DNA of 64,000 nt from Leptogorgia sarmentosa (taxonomy: Eukaryota): contig OZ210884.1 of assembly GCA_964658305.1 (NCBI GenBank), positions 62,001-126,000 on the forward strand, written 5' to 3'. How positions within the stretch are numbered: the stretch's first letter is position 1; each line of letters begins with the position of its first letter. The notes below the pieces were generated by a model, which was not told the DNA's origin, ran no database searches, and saw nothing but the letters and a program-made list of their open reading frames with translations. Positions 54,601 through 64,000 of the stretch are shown one piece after another. Made by a program: the position numbers and the translations under genes.

Positions 54601-57600
54601 ATCATTATTATCAATGTAAACACACTCTGCAGCATCACTGGAGGGAGATTTTTAGCATCTGAAGAGTTTTAAAATTTCAAACATTAGTCAAAATCATGAT
54701 CATTTTCGACACCTTTTCCAACTTGGTATGAACAAATCAAAATCATTATTATCAATGTAAACACACTCTGCAACATCGCTAGAGTGTGATTTTTTGCATT
54801 TGAAGAGTTTTAAAATTTCAAACTTTAGTCAAAATCATGATCATTTTCGACACATTTTCCAACTTCGTACGAACAAATCAAAATCATTGTTATCAATGTA
54901 AACACGCTCTGCAACATCGCTAGAGTGTGATTTTTGGCATTTGAAGAGTTTTAAAATTTCAAACTTTAGTCAAATTCATGATCATTTTTGACACATTTTC
55001 CAACTTGGTATGAACAAATCAAAATCATTATTATCAATGTAAACACACTCTGCAGCATCACTGGAGGGAGATTTTTAGCATCTGAAAAGTTTTAAAATTA
55101 CAAACATTAGTCAAATTCATGATCATTTTTGACACATTTTCCAACTTGGTATGAACAAATCAAAACCATTATTATCAATGTAAACACACTCTGCCGCATC
55201 ACTGGAGGGAGATTTTTAGCATCTGAAGAGTTTTAAAATTTCAAACATTAGTCAAATTCATGACCATTTTTGACACATTTTCCAACTTGGTATGAACAAA
55301 TCAAAATCATTATTATCAATGTAAACACACTCTGCAGCATCACTGGAGGGAGATTTTTAGCATCTGAAGAGTTTTAAAATTTCAAACATTAGTCAAATTC
55401 ATGATCATTTTTGACACATTTTCCAACTTGGTATGAACAAATCAAAATCATTATTATCAATGTAAACACACTCTGCAACATCGCTAGAGTGTGATTTTTT
55501 GCATTTGAAGAGTTTTAAAATTTCAAACTTTAGTCAAATTCATGATCATTTTTGACACATTTTCCAACTTGGTATGAACAAATCAAAATCATTATTATCA
55601 ATGTAAACACACTCTCCAGCATCGCTAGAGTGTGATTTTTTGCATTTGAAGAGTTTTAAAATTTCAAACTTTAGTCAAATTCATGATCATTTTTGACACA
55701 TTTTCCAACTTGGTATGAACAAATCAAAATCATTATTATCAATGTAAACACAATCTGCAACATCGCTAGAGTGTGATTTTTTGCATTTGAAGAGTTTTAA
55801 AATTTCAAACTTTAGTCAAATTCATGATCATTTTTGACACATTTTCCAACTTTGTATGAACAAATCAAAATCATTATTATCAATGTAAACACACTCTGCA
55901 GCATCACTGGAGGGAGATTTTTAGCATCTGAAGAGTTTTAAAATTCCAAACATTAGTCAAAATCATGATCATTTTCGACATATTTTCCAACTTGGTATGA
56001 ACAAATCAAAATCATTATTATCAATGTAAACACACTCTGCAACATCGCTAGAGTGTGATTTTTTGTATTTGAAGAGTTTTAAAATTTCAAACTTTAGTCA
56101 AAATCATGATCGTTTTCGACACATTTTCCAACTTCGTACGAACAAATCAAAATCATTGTTATAAATGTAAACACGCTCTGCAACATCGCTAGAGTGTGAT
56201 TTTTGGCATTTGAAGAGTTTTAAAATTTCAAACTTTAGTCAAATTCATGATCATTTTTGACACATTTTCCAACTTGGTATGAACAAATCAAAATCATTGT
56301 TATCAATGTAAACACGCTCTGCAACATCGCTAGTGTGTGATTTTTTGCATTTGAAGAGTTTTGAAATTTCAAACTTTAGTCAAATTCATGATCATTTTTG
56401 ACACATTTTCCAACTTGGTATGAACAAATCAAAATCATTATTATCAATGTAAACACACTCTGCAGCATCACTGGAGGGAGATTTTTAGCATCTGAAGAGT
56501 TTTAAAATTTCAAACATTAGTCAAAATCATGATCATTTTCGACACATTTTCCAACTTGGTATGAACAAATCAAAATCATTATTATCAATGTAAACACACT
56601 CTGCAACATCGCTAGAGTGTGATTTTTTGCATTTGAAGAGTTTTAAAATTTCAAACTTTAGTCAAAATCATGATCATTTTCGACACATTTTCCAACTTCG
56701 TACGAACAAATCAAAATCATTGTTATCAATGTAAACACGCTCTGCAACATCGCTAGAGTGTGATTTTTGGCATTTGAAGAGTTTTAAAATTTCAAACTTT
56801 AGTCAAATTCATGATCATTTTTGACACATTTTCCAACTTGGTATGAACAAATCAAAATCATTATTATCAATGTAAACACACTCTGCAGCATCACTGGAGG
56901 GAGATTTTTAGCATCTGAAGAGTTTTAAATTTCCAAATATTAGTCAAAATCATGATCATTTTCGACACATTTTCCAACTTGGTATGAACAAATCAAAATC
57001 ATTATTATCAATGTAAACACACTCTGCAACATCGCTAGAGTGTGATTTTTTGCATTTGAAGAGTTTTAAAATTTCAAACTTAGGTCAAAATCATGATCAT
57101 TTTCGACACATTTTCCAACTTCGTACGAACGAATCAAAATCCTTGTTATCAATGTAAACACGCTCTGCAACATCGCTAGAGTGTGATTTTTGGCATTTGA
57201 AGAGTTTTAAAATTTCAAACTTTAGTCAAATTCATGATCATTTTTGACACATTTTCCAACTTGGTATGAACAAATCAAAATCATTATTATCAATGTAAAC
57301 ACACTCTGCAGCATCACTGGAGGGAGATTTTTAGCATCTGAAGAGTTTTAAAATTCCAAACATTAGTCAAAATCATGATCATTTTCGACATATTTTCCAA
57401 CTTGGTATGAACAAATCAAAATCATTATTATCAATGTAAACACACTCTGCAACATCGCTAGAGTGTGATTTTTTGCATTTGAAGAGTTTTAAAATTTCAA
57501 ACTTTAGTCAAAATCATGATCGTTTTCGACACATTTTCCAACTTCGTACGAACAAATCAAAATCATTGTTATAAATGTAAACACGCTCTGCAACATCGCT

Positions 57601-60600
57601 AGAGTGTGATTTTTGGCATTTGAAGAGTTTTAAAATTTCAAACTTTAGTCAAATTCATGATCATTTTTGACACATTTTCCAACTTGGTATGAACAAATCA
57701 AAATCATTGTTATCAATGTAAACACGCTCTGCAACATCGCTAGTGTGTGATTTTTTGCATTTGAAGAGTTTTGAAATTTCAAACTTTAGTCAAATTCATG
57801 ATCATTTTTGACACATTTTCCAACTTGGTATGAACAAATCAAAATCATTATTATCAATGTAAACACACTCTGCAGCATCACTGGAGGGAGATTTTTAGCA
57901 TCTGAAGAGTTTTAAAATTTCAAACATTAGTCAAAATCATGATCATTTTCGACACATTTTCCAACTTGGTATGAACAAATCAAAATCATTATTATCAATG
58001 TAAACACACTCTGCAACATCGCTAGAGTGTGATTTTTTGCATTTGAAGAGTTTTAAAATTTCAAACTTTAGTCAAAATCATGATCATTTTCGACACATTT
58101 TCCAACTTCGTACGAACAAATCAAAATCATTGTTATCAATGTAAACACGCTCTGCAACATCGCTAGAGTGTGATTTTTGGCATTTGAAGAGTTTTAAAAT
58201 TCCAAACATTAGTCAAAATCATGATCATTTTCGACATATTTTCCAACTTGGTATGAACAAATCAAAATCATTATTATCAATGTAAACACACTCTGCAACA
58301 TCGCTAGAGTGTGATTTTTTGTATTTGAAGAGTTTTAAAATTTCAAACTTTAGTCAAAATCATGATCGTTTTCGACACATTTTCCAACTTCGTACGAACA
58401 AATCAAAATCATTATTATCAATGTAAACACACTCTGCAACATCGCTAGAGTGTGATTTTTTGCATTTGAAGAGTTTTAAAATTTCAAACTTTAGTCAAAA
58501 TCATGATCATTTTCGACACATTTTCCAACTTCGTACGAACAAATCAAAATCATTGTTATCAATGTAAACACGCTCTGCAACATCGCTAGAGTGTGATTTT
58601 TGGCATTTGAAGAGTTTTAAAATTTCAAACTTAAGTCAAATTCATGATCATTTTTGACACATTTTCCAACTTGGTATGAACAAATCAAAATCATTATTAT
58701 CAATGTAAACACAATCTGCAACATCGCTAGAGTGTGATTTTTTGCATTTGAAGAGTTTTAAAATTTCAAACTTTAGTCAAATTCATGATCATTTTTGACA
58801 CATTTTCCAACTTGGTATGAACAAATCAAAATCATTATTATCAATGTAAACACACTCTGCAGCATCACTGGAGGGAGATTTTTAGCATCTGAAGAGTTTT
58901 AAAATTCCAAACATTAGTCAAAATCATGATCATTTTCGACACATTTTCCAACTTGGTATGAACAAATCAAAATCATTATTATCAATGTAAACACACTCTG
59001 CAACATCGCTAGAGTGTGATTTTTTGCATTTGAAGAGTTTTAAAATTTCAAACTTTAGTCAAAATCATGATCGTTTTCGACACATTTTCCAACTTCGTAC
59101 GAACAAATCAAAATCATTGTTATAAATGTAAACACGCTCTGCAACATCGCTAGAGTGTGATTTTTGGCATTTGAAGAGTTTTAAAATTTCAAACTTTAGT
59201 CAAATTCATGATCATTTTTGACACATTTTCCAACTTGGTATGAACAAATCAAAATCATTGTTATCAATGTAAACACGCTCTGCAACATCGCTAGTGTGTG
59301 ATTTTTTGCATTTGAAGAGTTTTGAAATTTCAAACTTTAGTCAAATTCATGATCATTTTTGACACATTTTCCAACTTGGTATGAACAAATCAAAATCATT
59401 ATTATCAATGTAAACACACTCTGCAACATCGCTAGAGTGTGATTTTTTGCATTTGAAGAGTTTTAAAATTTCAAACATTAGTCAAATTCATGATCATTTT
59501 TGACACATTTTCCAACTTGGTATGAACAAGTCAAAATCATTATTATCAATGTAAACACACTCTGCAACATCGCTAGAGGGAGATTTTTAGCATCTGAAGT
59601 GTTTTAAATTTTCAAACATTAGTCAAAATCATGATCATTTTTGACACATTTTCCAACTTGGTATGAACAAATCAAAATCATTATTATCAATTTAAACACA
59701 CTCTGCAGCATCACTGGAGGGAGATTTTTAGCATCTAAAGAGTTTTAAAATTTCAAACATTAGTCAAATTCATGATCATTTTTGACACATTTTCCAACTT
59801 GGTATGAACAAATCAAAATCATTATTATCAATGTAAACACACTCTGCAGCATCACTGGAGGGAGATTTTTAGCATCTGAAGAGTTTTAAAATTTCAAACA
59901 TGAGTCAAATTCATGATCATTTTTGACACATTTTCCAACTTGGTATGAACAAATCAAAATCATTATTATCAATGTAAACACACTCTGCAGCATCACTGGA
60001 GGGAGATTTTTAGCATCTGAAGTGTTTTAAAATTTCAAACATTAGTCAAAATCATGATCATTTTTGACACATTTTCCAACTTGGTATGAACAAATCAAAA
60101 TCATTATTATCAATGTAAACACACTCTGCAACATCGCTAGAGTGTGATTTTTTGCATTTGAAGAGTTTTAAAATTTCAAACTTTAGTCAAAATCATGATC
60201 ATTTTCGACACATTTTCCAACTTCGTACGAACAAATCAAAATCATTGTTATGAATGTAAACACGCTCTGCAACATCGCTAGAGTGTGATTTTTGGCATTT
60301 GTAGAGTTTTAAAATTTCAAACTTTAGTCAAATTCATGATCATTTTTGACACATTTTCCAACTTCGTACGAACAAATCAAAATCATTTTTATCAATGTAA
60401 ACACGCTCTGCAACATCGCTAGAGTGTGATTTTTGGCATTTAAAGAGTTTTAAAATTTCAAACTTTAGTCAAATTCATGATCATTTTTGACACATTTTCC
60501 AACTTGGTATGAACAAATCAAAATCATTATTATCAATGTAAACACACTCTGCAGCATCACTGAAGGGAGATTTTTAGCATCTGAAGAGTTTTAAAATTTC

Positions 60601-63600
60601 AAACATTAGTCAAATTCATGATCATTTTTGACACATTTTCCAACTTGGTATGAACAAATCAAAATCATTATTATCAATGTAAACACACTCTGCAACATCG
60701 CTAGAGTGTGATTTTTTGCATTTGAAGAGTTTTAAAATTTCAAACATTAGTCAAAATCATGATCATTTTCGACACATTTTCCAACTTCGTACGAACAAAT
60801 CAAAATCATTGTTATCAATGTAAACACGCTCTGCAACATCGCTAGAGTGTGATTTTTGGCATTTGAAGAGTTTTAAAATTTCAAACTTTAGTCAAATTCA
60901 TGATCATTTTTGACACATTTTCCAACTTGGTATGAACAAATCAAAATCATTATTATCAATGTAAACACACTCTGCAGCATCACTGGAGGGAGATTTTTAG
61001 CATCTAAAGAGTTTTAAAATTTTAAACATTAGTCAAAATCATGATCATTTTCGACACATTTTCCAACTTGGTATGAACAAATCAAAACCATTATTATCAA
61101 TGTAAACACACTCTGCAGCATCACTGGAGGGAGATTTTCAGCATCTGAAGAGTTTTAAAATTTCAAACATTAGTCAAAATCTTGATCATGTTCGACACAT
61201 TTTCCAACTTCGTACGAACAAATCAAAATCATTGTTATCAATGTAAACACGCTCTGCAACATCGCTAGAGTGTGATTTTTGGCATTTGAAGAGTTTTAAA
61301 ATTTCAAACTTTAGTCAAATTCATGATCATTTTTGACACATTTTCCAACTTGGTATGAACAAATCAAAATCATTATTATCAATGTAAACACACTCTGCAG
61401 CATCGCTAGAGTGTGATTTTTTGCATTTGAAGAGTTTTAAAATTTCAAACTTTAGTCAAATTCATGATCATTTTTGACACATTTTCCAACTTGGTATGAA
61501 CAAATCAAAATCATTATTATCAATGTAAACACACTCTGCAGCATCACTGGAGGGAGATTTTTAGCATCTGAAGAGTTTTAAAATTTCAAACATTAGTCAA
61601 AATCATGATCATTTTCGACACATTTTCCAACTTCGTATGAACAAATCAAAATCATTATTATCAATGTAAACACACTCTGCAACATCGCTAGAGTGTGATT
61701 TTTTGCATTTGAAGAGTTTTAAAATTTCAAACTTTAGTCAAAATCATGATCATTTTCGACACATTTTCCAACTTCGTACGAACAAATCAAAATCCTTGTT
61801 ATCAATGTAAACACGCTCTGCAACATCGCTAGAGTGTGATTTTTGGCATTTGAAGAGTTTTAAAATTTCAAACTTTAGTCAATTTCATGATCATTTTTGA
61901 CACATTTTCCAACTTGGTATGAAGAAATCAAAATCATTATTATCAATGTAAACACACTCTGCAGCATCACTGGAGGGAGATTTTTAGCATCTGAAGAGTT
62001 TTAAAATTCCAAACATTAGTCAAAATCATGATCATTTTCGACACATTTTCCAACTTGGTATGAACAAATCAAAATCATTATTATCAATGTAAACACACTC
62101 TGCAACATCGCTAGAGTGTGATTTTTTGCATTTGAAGAGTTTTAAAATTTCAAACGTTAGTCAAAATCATGATCATTTTTGACACATTTTCCAACTTGGT
62201 ATGAACAAATCAAAATCATTGTTATCAATGTAAACACGCTCTGCAACATCGCTAGAGTGTGATTTTTGGCATTTGAAGAGTTTTAAAATTTCAAACTTTA
62301 GTCAAATTCATGATCATTTTTGACACATTTTGCAACTTGGTATGAACAAATCAAAATCATTATTATCAATGTAAACACACTCTGCAGCATCACTGGAGGG
62401 AGATTTTTAGCATCTGAAGAGTTTTAAAATTTCAAACATTAGTCAAATTCATGATCATTTTTGACACATTTTCCAACTTGGTATGAACAAATCAAAACCA
62501 TTATTATCAATGTAAACACACTCTGCAGCATCACTGGAGGGAGATTTTTAGCATCTGAAGAGTTTTAAAATTTCAAACATTAGTCAAATTCATGATCATT
62601 TTTGACACATTTTCCAACTTGGTATGAACAAATCAAACTCATTATTATCAATGTAAACACACTCTGCAGCATCACTGGAGGGAGATTTTTAGCATCTGAA
62701 GAGTTTTAAAATTTCAAACTTTAGTCAAATTCATGATCATTTTTGACACATTTTCCAACTTGGTATGAACAAATCAAAATCATTATTATCAATGTAAACA
62801 CACTCTGCAGCATCACTGGAGGGAGATTTTTAGCATCTGAAGTGTTTTAAAATTTCAAACATTAGTCAAAATCATGATCATTTTTGACACATTTTCCAAC
62901 TTGGTATGAACAAATCAAAATCATTATTATCAATGTAAACACACTCTGCAGCATCACTGGAGGGAGATTTTTAGCATCTGAAGAGTTTTAAAATTTCAAA
63001 CATTTGTCAAATTCATGATCATTTTTGACACATTTTCCAACTTGGTATGAACAAATCAAAATCATTATTATCAATGTAAACACACTCTGCAACATCGCTA
63101 GAGTGTGATTTTTTGCATTTGAAGAGTTTTAAAATTTCAAACTTTAGTCAAAATCATGATCATTTTCGACACATTTTCCAACTTCGTATGAACAAATCAA
63201 AATCATTATTATCAATGTAAACACACTCTGCAGCATCACTGGAGGGAGATTTTTAGCATCAGAAGAGTTTTAAAGTTTCAAACATTAGTCAAAATCATGA
63301 TCATTTTCGACACATTTTCCAACTTCGTACGAACAAATCAAAATCCTTTTTATCAATGTAAACACGCTCTGCAACATCGCTAGAGTGTGATTTTTGACAT
63401 TTAAAGAGTTTTAAAATTTCAAACTTTAGTCAAATTCATGATCATTTTTGACACATTTTCCAACTTGGTATGAACAAATCAAAATCATTATTATCAATGT
63501 AAACACACTCTGCAGCATCAATGAAGGGAGATTTTTAGCATCTGAAGAGTTTTAAAATTTCAAACATTAGTCAAAATCATGATCATTTTTGACACATTTT

Positions 63601-64000
63601 CCAACTTGGTATGAACAAATCAAAATCATTATTATCAATGTAAACACACTCTGCAACATCGCTAGAGTGTGATTTTTTGCATTTGAAGAGTTTTAAAATT
63701 TCAAACATTAGTCAAAATCATGATCATTTTCGACACATTTTCCAACTTCGTACGAACAAATCAAAATCATTGTTATCAATGTAAACACGCTCTGCAACAT
63801 CGCTAGAGTGTGATTTTTGGCATTTGAAGAGTTTTAAAATTTCAAACTTTAGTCAAATTCATGATCATTTTTGACACATTTTCCAACTTGGTATGAACAA
63901 ATCAAAATCATTATTATCAATGTAAACACACTCTGCAGCATCACTGGAGGGAGATTTTTAGCATCTGAAGAGTTTTAAAATTTTAAACATTAGTCAAAAT
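27651..64000 (+). repeat. 141-bp satellite array (~258 monomers, runs off the window), two monomer subtypes, candidate centromeric/pericentromeric satellite
   Basis: Period 141 (ATGAACAAATC at 27661 and 27802). Subtype A: GCAACATCGCTAGAGTGTGATTTTT(T/G)GCATTTG. Subtype B: GCAGCATCACTGGAGGGAGATTTTTAGCATCTG. Very homogeneous. Confidence 0.98.

Noticed and set aside
27651..64000. CRISPR-like array
   Set aside because: No unique spacers (whole monomers repeat), no cas genes, and the context is eukaryotic.

Overview
AT-rich eukaryotic (probably invertebrate animal) heterochromatin with spliceosomal introns and no prokaryotic features. About 85% of the window is satellite DNA: a 19-bp satellite (1-531, 10181-~13600, then the opposite strand 15203-27650), a 9-copy ~174-bp satellite (13602-15178) at the strand switch, and a 141-bp two-subtype satellite (27651 to the end, ~258 monomers) that is homologous to the 174-bp one in reverse orientation. 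The 19-bp array is interrupted by a 9.65-kb DNA transposon (532-10180) with imperfect 20-bp CACAG...CTGTG TIRs, a 3-bp TAA target-site duplication and multi-copy TTAAAGGYG subterminal motifs, most consistent with CACTA/EnSpm. By hand I reconstructed three spliced genes inside it: a frameshifted non-RD protein kinase (+), a frameshifted C14orf93-like gene (-) transcribed divergently from the kinase, and the N-terminal part of a probable transposase (-) with no catalytic core. Several MITEs are nested inside. Family assignments come from motif recognition only; no database search was run.
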